Assembly (NCBI GenBank): GCA_032718475.1
Contig: JAUCBJ010007845.1
Location: 1-33,468 of the forward strand
DNA from: Nemertoderma westbladi
Lineage: Eukaryota; Animalia; Xenacoelomorpha
Direction: 5' to 3'
DNA: 33,468 nucleotides
Shown here: piece after piece, positions 21,411 to 32,708 of the stretch
How the letters are laid out: each line of letters opens with the position of its first letter
Position numbering within the stretch: position 1 is the stretch's first letter
The notes under the pieces: model-generated
What the model was told of the DNA's origin: nothing
Database searches by the model: none
The model's input: the letters and a program-made list of their open reading frames with translations, nothing else
Position numbers and translations under genes: made by a program

Positions 21411-21875
21411 TGTGTTAAAATCTAAGCATCTTTGGATGAAGTAAGCATAAGCCTGTAAGCTGAAGCTGAAGGTTCACCCAGCTGACCGGAAGGTCACTCA
21501 CTGTGTATTTGTGACGTCAGCACGTCAAAATCGGGAATCAGGGGAACTGGAATCAAACCGCAAGTATTGCAAGAGTGATAAGAGAGAGTAGGACAGGACG
21601 ACCAGTGCAGAACTGCAGAATACTAATGTAGTAAGGCAATACACAGGTACAGCTGTACAGAAGTGCAGTAGCAGTACAGCAGTTAGTCCTTTGTCCTTTA
21701 TTCTGTCTGTCAGTCATTCATTATTCTGCAGTTCTGTCAGGTACCGGTACCCTAATTCTGAGTGCTGGCTGGCTCGTAACCTCGTACTACTGTACTACAG
21801 TACTAGGCCTAACTGTTCTGCTGTTAGCGGGAGTGTTTGGCCTATAGTAGGCCTACAGTATACCGGTACCGATAG

Positions 21876-22885
21876 ACAATTCCCTAAAAGGTGCCACCCT
21901 GCTCCATAGGGCGGGAAATTCAAATGATTTGAAAGACATGTTTTTTGTACTGGAAAGGGTAGCAGATCAGATCTGCCACCTATATTTTGGCGGTAAATTC
22001 AAATCTGTTTTAACATTGAATACTGGAATACGTCATGAATAGACTGATAGAGTAAGACTAATGTAATTAATTGAATCAGAATACAGGAATAAAATATTTA
22101 TTATCGGTTCAACTCACTCATCTGTCGTTGTTGTTGTTTTATCTATTCTGGGACTTCAAGCAGCACGTGAACAACTAAGCTGATTGGTTAACTGCTAAAC
22201 TGACTACTACAGTAAGAAGTTTACAGTACTGCAGTATGAAGTCTACTACCCTAGCTCCTTGACCTTTTAGTACGTACCAACGTACATACAGACATACTGC
22301 AGCACACTGTGTACAGTTTGTAATGGAAATATGCTAATTCTGTAATTTGAATCAACCGCAAAAAATATATCAATTAACTGCTCCTTTCAGCCTTTCTTTC
22401 ATCTATCTACTTAAAATCTACTATTAATATACTAGGTATAACTGGTATAAGTGTATAATTGTTATAATTATAATGTTCTGATGTAATTATAAGTGATACA
22501 AGCAAGTAATAAATGTTCTTTACATTTACTGATAGAAGTTAAGCCAAATCCGCCGACCCCCCCCCCCCCCCCCCCCTCATCAATTTTCAATTTCGCCCGA
22601 AGTCCCAGACTGCCAGACTAGTTAACCAGTCAGCTTAGTTGTTCACGCCTGCTCGAAGCTTCAGAATAGATAAAACAACAACAATAACGGATGAGTGCGT
22701 TAATTAAACCGATAAGAAATAATTTATTCTGATTCAATGAATTACATTCGTCTTACTCTATTCATGTATTCAATGTTAAAACAGATTTGAATTTACCACC
22801 AAAATATTCCAGTACAAAAAACATGTTTTTCAATCATTTGAACTTCCCGCGCTATGGAGCAGGGTGGCACCTTTTAGGGACTTGT
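21876..22885. mobile_element. 1-kb foldback MITE with about 270-320 bp inverted arms and 8-bp TSD (superfamily uncertain, possibly P-like)
   Basis: Ends ACAATTCCCTAAAAGGTGCCACCCTGCTCCATAG / CTATGGAGCAGGGTGGCACCTTTTAGGGACTTGT; TSD ACCGATAG (21868-75, 22886-93); arms about 21876-22195 and 22620-22885. Confidence 0.85.
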
Positions 22886-23139
22886 ACCGATAGTGAGTGG
22901 AGTATACCGTTAACTGTATACACACCACACAATCTGCAATCAACCGCATCCATCCGTTTACAGGTACAGCAGGGCTGGCTGGCTGGACTGGCATTGAACA
23001 CAGCTGCACAGTGACACTGCTGCGCTGTCTGATTGTCTGCAGACTGCCAGAACCAGACTGTTGCAGCTCAATTTTACTTTAATACTCTCACTCTGTTCAG
23101 TGTTCAGCTGTTGCTGCTCTGGGCTGCTGGGCTTAGCCT

Positions 23140-23152
23140 ATGGAACCGAAAG
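23140..23152 (+). CDS. SLC40A1: Ferroportin, probable first coding exon (MEPK-G)
   Basis: ATG GAA CCG AAA G|gtttgt; the phase-1 donor is compatible with exon 2. The exon is short, so it is less certain. Confidence 0.6.
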
Positions 23153-23499
23153 GTTTGTTGTTGTTAATACTGTAATATAGTATTATGTATTATAGTAGAG
23201 GTACTGGACTGGTGGCCCTGCATGGAATACTAACTAAAAGAGCGCCACACGGGCTGACGGGTTCCAGCTTCTAGTGCAGAAGTTAGGTCAATAAATAAAA
23301 GCTACACTGAACTGCAGTAACGTACGGGTCTGTATCTCAACATAAAAATGCGAGCGTAGTAGTAGGCCTAGTACTATATACCGGTACAGCCTAGTATCTG
23401 ATCTAATATCAGAACATGACCTGCTACAGTAGTAGTATTAGTATAACCTAGTGATAATAAGTAGCATGAATTTATAATAAGTATTTGTTTCCCTTTCAG

Positions 23500-23570
23500 G
23501 CTGCTTTATATCGCGGTATTTCGGGACGCCCAAAGCTCGACTTTATATTAGCCATGTGTTATCAATGTGG
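23500..23570 (+). CDS. SLC40A1: Ferroportin exon 2 (GCFISRYFGTPKARLYISHVLSMW)
   Basis: ccctttcag| acceptor and |gtaagt donor; matches the ferroportin TM1 pattern LYxxHxLSxW. Confidence 0.9.
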
Positions 23571-23960
23571 GTAAGTTAAGTTTAATAGCCGGACCGTATC
23601 GTACCCAAAAAGCCATGGGCTGTCTTGTACACCATGCTTATTCTCACCATGAGACAGCCCAATCACAATATTGTGCATTGGCGTCGAAAGCAATGTCCTG
23701 CAAAGCGGAGGCGGATCCGTTCAAGTGTCAAGCTTGGTAGACTAATGCCTGAATGCAGTAATTAGGCACCTCCAATGCTGTATTGGAACTACATAACTAC
23801 TGGCCTTGGAGTTCTGCCTACTTGTCTAAAATTAACTTTATCCATTACTAAATAAATGTTGATTATATTTCAATTATTTACGTAATTAAATTAGGGAATA
23901 TCTTACTCTGCTATTAGCCCGACCAGCACTAGCTACTCTTCCTTGTGTTTTCCAACCCAG

Positions 23961-24120
23961 GGCGATCGGATGTGGAGTTTCGCAGTTGGTTTATTCCTCG
24001 TTAAGATCGCCGGTATGCAACTCCAACTCACCGCTATTTACGGACTCGTTCGGTCTCTCTGTCTCATATTCTTTATTACCCTACTGGGTGATTGGGTGGA
24101 TAAAAACCCCAGACTTAAAG
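23961..24120 (+). CDS. SLC40A1: Ferroportin exon 3 (GDRMWSFAVGLFLV..LTAIYGL..LGDWVDKNPRLK)
   Basis: aacccag| and |gtcagt; hallmark GDRMW and GDWVDKNxRLK motifs. Confidence 0.95.
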
Positions 24121-24224
24121 GTCAGTAGTTAATCTACACTGAGAAAACAGAACCCGGGCAGCCGGGTTATTTACTAAAAAAATGCCGGTTTCTGCAATAA
24201 AAGTTTGACACAACATTACCGACC

Positions 24225-24427
24225 TAGTTGCCAAGGTAACGTTGTTTATATTTACCCTTTTAGTTGCCAAAGTAACGTTGTTTATATTTACCCTTTTAGT
24301 TGCCAAGGTAACGTTGTTTATATTCACCCTTTTAGTTGCCAATGTAACGTTGTTTATATTTACCCTTTTAGTTGCCAAGGTAACGTTGTTTATATTTACC
24401 CTTTTAGTTGCCAACGTTACGCTGTTT
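24225..24427 (+). repeat. 36-bp tandem repeat duplicating the exon 4 splice acceptor (about 5.5 copies)
   Basis: Unit ttgccaaggtaacgttgtttatatttacccttttag; AG acceptors end at 24227, 24263, 24299, 24335, 24371 and 24407. Confidence 0.95.
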
Positions 24428-24632
24428 GTACAGAACTTCTGCGTGGTCTGCGCGGCTGTATTTATCGTATTAGTACTGTCTCTAGAGCCGAGCGCCCATT
24501 GGTTCCGTATGATTAACGCGCTAATCATAACGATATCCTCGATATCCGCCTTGTTTAGTTCCGGTAGGAAGATTGCGGTGGAGCGCGACTGGGTAGTTGT
24601 TATCGCCGGGGGGGATTCCGCGCTATTGGCTA
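24408..24632 (+). CDS. SLC40A1: Ferroportin exon 4 (VANVTLFVQNFCVV..IAVERDWVVVIAGGDSALLA); start given for the most distal acceptor
   Basis: cccttttag| acceptor and A|gttagt donor; conserved VQN and ERDWVVVIAG motifs. Confidence 0.88.
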
Positions 24633-25021
24633 GTTAGTTTATTAATTACAATATAATTACTCAAACTGCGGTATTTAAAACATTTAATAATTAAATTAAA
24701 ACAACCGAAAATTAATTTGTTATTTATTGTCCCTGCGAGACTAAAGGCCATTTTTTATCATGTGATGATATTTCTTTGGCAAGTTGTTACTTCTAGTTTC
24801 TCGCATTCGGGGTAATTTGTTAAGATTTCTAAAATATTTTTCCCCTATAGACGAGATTTCATACAAAATAATATTCGTTCAAAAATCTTTCTTTTTATCG
24901 AAATGTAGATTTATTTTATATATAAGGGTATCGATATCAGCTCATTAGTTCTATAATGTAAGACTTTATACTTCGGGTGAGAATCCTGTTAGCGTCCGAA
25001 GGATTTACAACGTAGGGGTTA

Positions 25022-26990
25022 GGCCTGGTGTCGGTAGCGGTCCGACAGCTAGCCGTTTAACCGGCCTGGTGTCGGTAGCGGTCAGACAGCTAACCGTTTA
25101 AACGGCCTGGTGTCGGTAGCGGTCCGACAGCTAACCGTTTAACCGGCCTGGTGTCGGTAGCGGTCCGACAGCTAACCGTTTAACCGGCCTGGTGTCGGTA
25201 GCGGTCCGACAGCTAACCGTTTAACCGGCCTGGTGCCGGTAGCGGTCCGACAGCTAACCGTTTAAACGGCCTGGTGTCGGTAGCGGTCCGACAGCTAACC
25301 GTTTAACCGGCCTGGTGTCGGTAGCGGTCCGACAGCTAACAGTTTAACCGGCCTGGTGTCGGTAGCGGACCGACAGCTAACCGTTTAACCGGCCTGGTGT
25401 CGGTAGCGGTCAGACAGCTAACCGTTTAAACGGCCTGGTGTCGGTAGCGGTCCGACAGCTAACCGTTTAAACGGCCTGGTGTCGGTAGCGGTCCGACAGC
25501 TAACCGTTTAAACGGCCTGGTGTCGGTAGCGGTCCGACAGCTAACCGTTTAAACGGCCTGGTGTCGGTAGCGGTCCGACAGCTAACCGTTTAACCGGCCT
25601 GGTGTCGGTAGCGGTCCGACAGCTAACCGTTTAACCGGCCTGGTGTCGGTAGCGGTCCGACAGCTAACCGTTTAACCGGCCTGGTGCCGGTAGCGGTCTG
25701 ACAGCTAACCGTTTAATCGGCCTGGTGTCGGTAGCGGTCCGACAGCTATCCGTTTAACCGGCCTGGTGTTGGTAGCGGTCCGACAGCTAACCGTTTAACC
25801 GGCCTGGTGTCGGTAGCGGTCCGACAGCTAACCGTTTAACCGGCCTGGTGTCGGTAGCGGTCCGACAGCTAACCGTTTGACCGGCCTGGTGTTGGTAGCG
25901 GTCCGACAGCTAACCGTTTAATCGGCCTGGTGTCGGTAGCGGTCCGACAGCTATCCGTTTAACCGGCCTGGTGTTGGTAGCGGTCCGACAGCTATCCGTT
26001 TAACCGGCCTGGTGCCGGTAGCGGTCTGACAGCTAACCGTTTAATCGGCCTGGTGTCGGTAGCGGTCCGACAGCTATCCGTTTAACCGGCCTGGTGTTGG
26101 TAGCGGTCCGACAGCTAACCGTTTAACCGGCCTGGTGTCGGTAGCGGTCCGACAGCTAACAGTTTAACCGGCCTGGTGCCGGTAGCGGTCCGACAGCTGA
26201 CCGTTTAACCGGCCTGGTGTCGGTAGCGGTCCGACAGCTAACAGTTTAACCGTCCTGGTGTCGGTAGCGGTCCGACAGCTAACCGTTTAACCGGCCTGGT
26301 GTCGGTAGCGGTCCGACAGCTAACAGTTTAACCGGCCTGGTGCCGGTAGCGGTCCGACAGCTAACAGTTTAACCGGCCTGGTGTCGGTAGCGGTCCGACA
26401 GCTAACCGTTTAACCGGCCTGGTGTCGGTAGCGGTCCGACAGCTAACCGTTTAATCGGCCTTGTGTCGGTATCGGTCCGACAGCTAACCGTTTAACCGGC
26501 CTTGTCTCGGTAGCGGTTCGACAGCTAACCGTTTCACCGGCCTGGTGTCGGTAGCGGTCCGACAGCTAACCGTTTAACCGGCCTGGTGTCGGTAGCGGTC
26601 CGACAGCTAACCGTTTAACCGGCCTGGTGTCGGTAGCGGTCCGACAGCTAACCGTTTAATCGGCCTTGTGTCGGTAGCGGTCCGACAGCTAACCGTTTAA
26701 CCGGCCTGGTGTCGGTAGCGGTCCGACAGCTAACCGTTTAACCGGCCTGGTGTCGGTAGCGGTCCGACAGCTAACCGTTTAATCGGCCTTGTGTCGGTAG
26801 CGGTCCGACAGCTAACCGTTTAACCGGCCTGGTTTCGGTAGCGGCCCGACAGCTAACCGTTTAACCGGCGTGGTGTCGGTAGCGGTCCGACAGCTAACCG
26901 TTTAATCGGCCTTGTGTCGGTAGCGGTCCGACAGCTAACCGTTTAACCGGCCTGGTGTCGGTAGCGGTCCGACAGCTAACCGTTTAACCG
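25022..26990. repeat. Intronic 41-bp tandem satellite, about 48 copies
   Basis: Unit ggcctggtgtcggtagcggtccgacagctaaccgtttaacc, head-to-tail with no unique spacers. Confidence 0.97.
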
Positions 26991-27006
26991 CCATCTCTAT
27001 ATACAG

Positions 27007-27213
27007 ATATCAATGCTACGATGCGTCGGATCGATTTGACATGCGCCTGTTTGGCGCCGGTCGTGGTCGGCCAGGTCATGGCGTTTGCGTCCATGATAGC
27101 CTGCGCTGTTGCCATAGCAATATGGAATGTAGTGAGCGTGGTGGTGGAATATTATTTGCTGCGTCGCGTCTACGATTCGGTTCCAGAACTTGCTATTAAG
27201 GTGCCATATAATC
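27007..27213 (+). CDS. SLC40A1: Ferroportin exon 5 (NINATMRRIDLTCACLAPVVVGQVM..WNVVSVVVEYYLLRRVY..PELAIK)
   Basis: atacag| acceptor and C|gtaagt donor; conserved NATxRRID, LAP..GQxM and WNxxS..EY. The C-terminal half of the gene was not found in the window. Confidence 0.93.
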
Positions 27214-28002
27214 GTAAGTAAATAAATATATTCCGGTTCTTAACTTTTTTTACTCCGCTCTAGGGATTACTACCACTACAGCCGAATTACAACCTAAATT
27301 GTAACTATAACCTGTTCTATTGACTTTTGTTTATTATTTTGGTTAGAATAACGTGTCACTGTAACCTGTTCCTTTGTCTAAATTGTGAATTTAACATTGA
27401 GGCGGAAAAAAATTAATTCGCCGAAATAGGATTTGCGTTCAGTTTTCCACCTGTCTCTGGAGCTTACCGGCAACTCATTGGGAAAGTTATCAAACCTTTG
27501 TTTCGATTCCTGATCGCAGCGTTTATTTGTCATATATTCATACTATTTGAACTTGACCAGCAGATTCCAGACTGTTATTTATTTAAAAATAAACTCGTGT
27601 TCTAGAAAGAATATGTTTTGTTATAGTCCATCCATAATAAATGAGTTAGTTGAGGGGGGGGGGGGGGGGGGGGGGGCAGGCACTAGGCATAGCTAAAATT
27701 TCATCCGGAGCCCGGAGGTTTCTCCGGGTTACAATATGAGCTCCGGCCGGAGGTTTGGGGATGGATAATTCCAATGTATTATTATAGTAGACATAGACAG
27801 ATATGTATTCATTCATTCGCCGCACTTATCGAAATATTTCGTGGTTCTAATGGAGAAACAATGGCTGCTGTACAATGATGCAGCACACAATGGCTATCTG
27901 TGGCGAAGCCAAAAATTATATTTGGAGGGTGTGCGGGATAAAAGAGACCAATTCTTAAACACAGTACTAATATATATAGAAAACTATATAAAATACTGTA
28001 GT

Positions 28003-30921
28003 TTACGAGTCAGCTAGGAATGATTCCTCCCAAATTGGTGATGAGAACGTAGTGAAAACTGGCATCACATCCTCCCCATAATCCGCAACCTTCGCTTCAT
28101 CATCACCTACTTTGTCCCGGCCACACTCTGCCTCAACGATGACCTGGCGACACGCTGCCTCAACGATGACCTGGCCACACTCTGCCTCAAATATGTCGGT
28201 CCCGATCACATCTTTGTCCTCAAATCCTAGAAAAGGACCCACAGTCTTCTTTTCCTGAGGATGTACCGCCATGTGTCGTCCAACAGCAGCCTTATTCGGC
28301 CAGGATTTACCACATATGGGGCATTGGCAGGTGCTGATCTTATCAACCATTGAGGGGCAATATGTATCGAATGGAAGTGTTATAGGCACGCGAATAAGAG
28401 TGCGCTCCTGTAGACTGGCGAATCTAGGTTTAGGCAGTTTAACTGCCTCGCTGGATGGGACCAGCCCTAATCCCCTTCGCGAATATTCGACAACAGCAGG
28501 TGGTGGCAAGAAGCGTTGGGGGAATATAGCTAACCAATTAGAAATGAACTTCTTGCAGCAGGCAATGTTTTCACACTTAACAATTTGAAGTGCATACTTC
28601 GATTGCTGTACATGGGTTGCTAACCACTTGGCACTCATAGAAGCTGGTTTAATTTCTGATTCTTTCGGACGAACGTTTGTAATGACTGGATGATTGTCAA
28701 TTATGGTCGATGACCAAACATCAGCCAGTGCTTCAGCGGCAGCTCGAAAATTGGCAATTTCCAGTTCGGTATCAACTGTCTTTCCTGCCGAATCGAGATG
28801 GTTACCATAGCTATCATGGGGCAGTATAATACCAGACAGGTCGTGTGACAGGGGTGCCATTCGCCGCTCACATGGATTAAATGCTGATAGACCAGCAGCA
28901 TTAGCTGCTCTAATCACAACGTCATATCCGAATGTCTGAAAAATATGGATATCAGCGTCGAGGATTTTAGGGTAACGCGGACCCTCGTCACTTGCTCCAT
29001 CGCTTTCTATTAATAGTATTGGCGTTTGTGGTACGTGAACCTCATCTCGTAATACTTCCACCATGTCAAACAGGTGGGAAAACGATGTAGATTTATCGTG
29101 CTTTCCAGATCTAATGCTAATGAATGTGTCTCCTGAGTAAGTTAGTTTACCTCCTTCGCTGATATCACACTTGGCATAAACTGAGGGGATCAATTTATGC
29201 CTGGGAGCCACCACAAAATCATGGTCAGGAAGGCGCACCCGATATTCCATATGCATTGCTAGTGGAGCTTGAGAGTTGGCTGCAGTTAGACCAATTGGAA
29301 TTCGGGCCTTATCATCAATGGACATGAATGTCACTGCTGTACCTCCAAATAAACAACACACCTCGTGGAGATCTTGTACGAAGGAGGCAGCAAACTGGCG
29401 GTCGATATTTCGTTTACGAAGGTTTGACTCGGGACGCAGCAGTTTTACTGGGACTGTGGAAACATGTCGCTTTCCTTCCTTTGAATTACAGCGACGTGGA
29501 AGTAGGCGGATATATAAGGCAGATCTGTGAAAACATATAGTTTTTTTTATACCTAATTATTTTATACTTTCTACGTATATACATTTACACTGTAACACTA
29601 ATACACCATAAAACAGACAGAGACGGATATCAAATACTTGGATCGTCGTCATCTGTGAATAATGTGACTTACCTACACTGAAAAAACATACCTGTGGTTA
29701 TTTTTTAAAAAACTGCCAGTTTCTCGTTAAACCTCTGGTTAATCTCGGGACAAAATAACCAGAAGTTTTTCTAAGAAACTGGCAGTTTTCAGTACTAAAA
29801 TAACCCAGGGTTGTCACTTGCAAAAACGACAGGTTCTTTAGTATATTAAACCCCAGGTCAAGTTAACAAGGGGTTTATTTATGGAATATTAATTAAAATA
29901 TTAATATTAATTAAGATAATTAAAAAAAGGCTATAAAAAATGGCTATTTTGGTGCAACGGGGCGGGACACCACAGCCATAGGCCGCTAATGAGCGTAAAT
30001 GTAATATGGTAAAACTGTAATTGTGCCTAACCTAGATAATTTGAAGTCTAGCTTCATTAGTTACTCATGCAGATCATCTATGGTAGTAACTGTTCTCAAA
30101 GTATTTGTACGACGGCGATCATCTGCAGCGGTTGACTGCAGCACTATATTAATTATAGCCTTTAGAAGCTCAGGTTGGTCAGTCTGTAGTGAAGGTCGGC
30201 CTTTCTTTTCCTTTACTTTGTTGAATATCTTATTACTTTCTGGTAATTCCTTGCGAATTTGTAGTATTGCGTCCCTCATTCTATCCCGAGCCTTCTTTTT
30301 CCTCTTTGCATCATTTACGAGTGCATTAAGTTTCCTTTTTGAAGCCTTTATTTTCAATTTTTGAGTTTCTATATCGCGCGTTGTCACATTGGATAACCCC
30401 GACGAACGGCAATCCAACATAGTTAGTAGTCTTTTCTCATCCATTGTAATTTCTCCCTCAATCCTATCACGAGCTGGGGTTTCCAAGTTTCTAGGCTTTT
30501 CAGAATCCGACGTGGTAACATGCATTGCAGACTCTATTTCACCTGGCAATGCAGACTCTATGACCTCAGGGGAGGCAGATTCTATGATCTGGGGGGAGGC
30601 AGACTCCATGATCTGAGGCGATGCTGTCAATGCACCTCGTATGGCAGAGGCAGGTTGACCTGTCTCTGCGGATTCTGCAGCACCACATGCGCTGGACTCT
30701 GTGGCGCCAATCGAATAAGTTTGGAACATATGCCATGCATTTATCTTCGCGGCTGATTGGCGGTGTACCAATTCTTGTAATTGTGATTTCTTGGCCAACA
30801 GGGCCGCTTTATCTTTTTTGAGCAAGTTCCATTCTTCTTGCCCCTTTCGGAATTGCTTCTCTCTAGATAACTCGCTATGCGACTTTCTATATAGTTCGAT
30901 AAATTTATTGTATTCCGACAT
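28003..30921 (-). pseudogene. Zator-superfamily DDE transposase, two exons (30921-30032, 29524-28003), about 803 codons with one premature TAA (30061-63)
   Basis: Motifs GRPSLQTDQPELLKAI, SALYIRLLPR..EGKRHVSTVPVKL, SIDDKARIPIGLTAA, LPDHDFVVAPRHKLIPSVY, IRSGKHD, SDGASDE and SAFNPCERRMAPLS; C-terminal C2H2 finger CPIC..HMAVH. The GT-AG intron 30031-29525 restores the frame (LSR|SAL). Confidence 0.85.
29676..29870. mobile_element. Truncated CACTG-ended (CMC-like) MITE fragment in the transposase intron
   Basis: ta|CACTGAAAAAA start and internal inverted repeat aactgccagtttct / agaaactggcagtt; second terminus not found. Confidence 0.4.
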
Positions 30922-31393
30922 TGCTGGGAGTTATTACCGGTACCGGTAGCCTATTTATCGTGCAGCCTTAGGCCTGCCGGGAGTGGGCACTAGTAAAGAA
31001 TAGGGGACCGCAGTACTGACCAGTACATTATCAAACTGAAACTACTTATTAGCCAGTATAATATAGCGTTACGGTACGGGCTTAATACATTGTAATACAT
31101 GATAAACTTCACGTATACTGTACAGTGTACAGGTACACCCATCAAGGGTTAGGTTGGCCGTCTCCCCAGATTCTGAAATTGAAACTGAAACGTTTACTTT
31201 CACTTTAAATATGCGGGGCCTAGGTGCCCATCCCAAAGTTAAGTTTAGACTACATTTGGCCATATGGGCTGCAAAGTTGACAATAAAAAATTTAAAAACA
31301 GACGTCCGAATTTTGCTACACCCCCCCCCCCCCCCCCCCCCCCCTGTCCGTAAATGTCCGGATTTGGCCGACCCCCCTCCCCCCCCTCTAGCT

Positions 31394-31417
31394 CGGACGT
31401 CTTTTATGGATGACCCC
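31394..31417 (-). repeat. Zator 5' terminal inverted repeat (GGGGTCATCCATAAAAGACGTCCG)
   Basis: Typical Zator terminus followed inward by G-runs, about 500 bp upstream of the transposase ATG. A matching 3' TIR was not found. Confidence 0.75.
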
Positions 31418-32589
31418 AGATGTAAAATGTAAATAAAATAGTTCTAGAATTATTCTGAATTTATACTGATTATGAGAAAAAATGTAGAACTTTTTTCACT
31501 ATTCTCGAGGCATTTTATTTACCGATCGCTAGCGAGGATAATGAATGGTAGATATAATATTGAACAAAATATGTTAACTACGTTTTTTCCAATGTAATAC
31601 GTAATTCTATTGTAAAATTAATATACTTTTTGTTGCTCAATTCTTTTAAAATATAGAGCAATTAGTGTAACAAATCAAGTAAAGCCGAATAAAGTAAAAT
31701 CAATGCAATCCGATGGATTATTTTTTTGATTACTCTTATTTCTCCCGATTTTGAGGTATATTCGAGCGAAAAAGTAACAATTTAAGAATAAAACCTAATA
31801 TTTTAATTCGAATTTAAACAACATAAGCTCCGTATTGGCTCTGGGTTAATTCGCCCGGAGCCGGAACCAGAAAATAGGCCCATAGCTTCGGATTTCCGGA
31901 GCCGGAGCTCTGTTGCATCCCTAGCAGGCACGTAACTATTTTCTTGTCGCCGCCTTTACAACTAACTCATCAGCCAACCGTGATTTATTTTGACTGATTT
32001 CCCACCATCCTGGCTATAGAATCTAGTTTCGAATATAGAATCTAGAATATTATAATATAAAGAATATATAATCTTTGTTAGTTGCTATATTTTGCCACAG
32101 TAGCAAGTGACAGTGGCAATGACAGAATGATATAGGATAAACATTCACAGATATTGAAAATCATCCTGTCAGTCTGTCCTTCTTTTTGAATTTATTAACA
32201 TATAATATACGTTACGTTCGGTAATATACTAATTTACGTTACGTTCGGGAGCCAGTAGTTAGTCAAGCAGACAGCCAAGTGCCAGCAAGTCCAACCGAGA
32301 GAAATACGCAGCAATATTACAACAACAACAATTCCATAGGGCACGGAAGTAGAGGAAAACCGGACTTTTAATTTAGTTTATATTACGCGATTAATTTCCA
32401 CTCGTCATGTATCCAACAATATACAATACATTAAAATGAATTCCATGGTCTATGCTCTATGGTCATTCACCCGTCTTTAGTTTGAATTTTGAAAGACACG
32501 AGTGGGGCCTTCGTGCAGCAAAAACTGCAAGACATCTTAGCGAACAATTATGATTTTACTATGGCTAGTTATATTTTGGCTTCCAACAC

Positions 32590-32648
32590 ACTGATACACA
32601 CACACAGACAGACAGACAAACAGACAATGCACATTTATATATATTAGA
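32590..32648 (-). mobile_element. Possible 5' end of a non-autonomous Helitron-like repeat
   Basis: The minus strand reads A|TCTAATATATATAAAT followed by (GTCT)n/(GT)n microsatellites. The 3' CTAG end was not located. Confidence 0.4.
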
Positions 32649-32708
32649 TAACCCAATCGGATCGACACACGAAGTTAGAAACGGCTACTTTTTTACCCAC
32701 TCACTATA

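Larger units (their letters stand above)
27684..31923. mobile_element. hAT-like element (TAGG...CCTA ends, 8-bp TSD) enclosing a Zator transposase
   Basis: GCAGGCAC is duplicated at 27676-83 and 31924-31. The ends TAGGCAT.. and ..GCATCCCTA form an imperfect TIR, and CCGGA(G) subterminal motifs cluster at both ends. Confidence 0.75.

Noticed and set aside
22995-23115. Iron-responsive element in the ferroportin 5' region (CAGTGA at about 23009, CAGTGT at about 23098)
   Set aside because: Neither loop has the required 5-bp upper stem and bulged C.
25022-26990. CRISPR-like array (palindromic repeat at regular spacing)
   Set aside because: Units are head-to-tail with no unique spacers, there are no cas genes, and the array is in a spliceosomal intron.
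27623-27676. Degenerate Zator 3' TIR (gtccatccataa followed by poly-G)
   Set aside because: Only partial similarity, and it lies outside the hAT TSD, so it cannot be confidently paired with 31394-31417.
31930-31975. Hammerhead ribozyme core (CTGATGAG on the minus strand)
   Set aside because: No stem II closing into CGAAA and no convincing stems I or III.
32090-32180. Possible further ferroportin exon after cag acceptors at 32100 or 32150
   Set aside because: No recognisable ferroportin similarity, and early stops.
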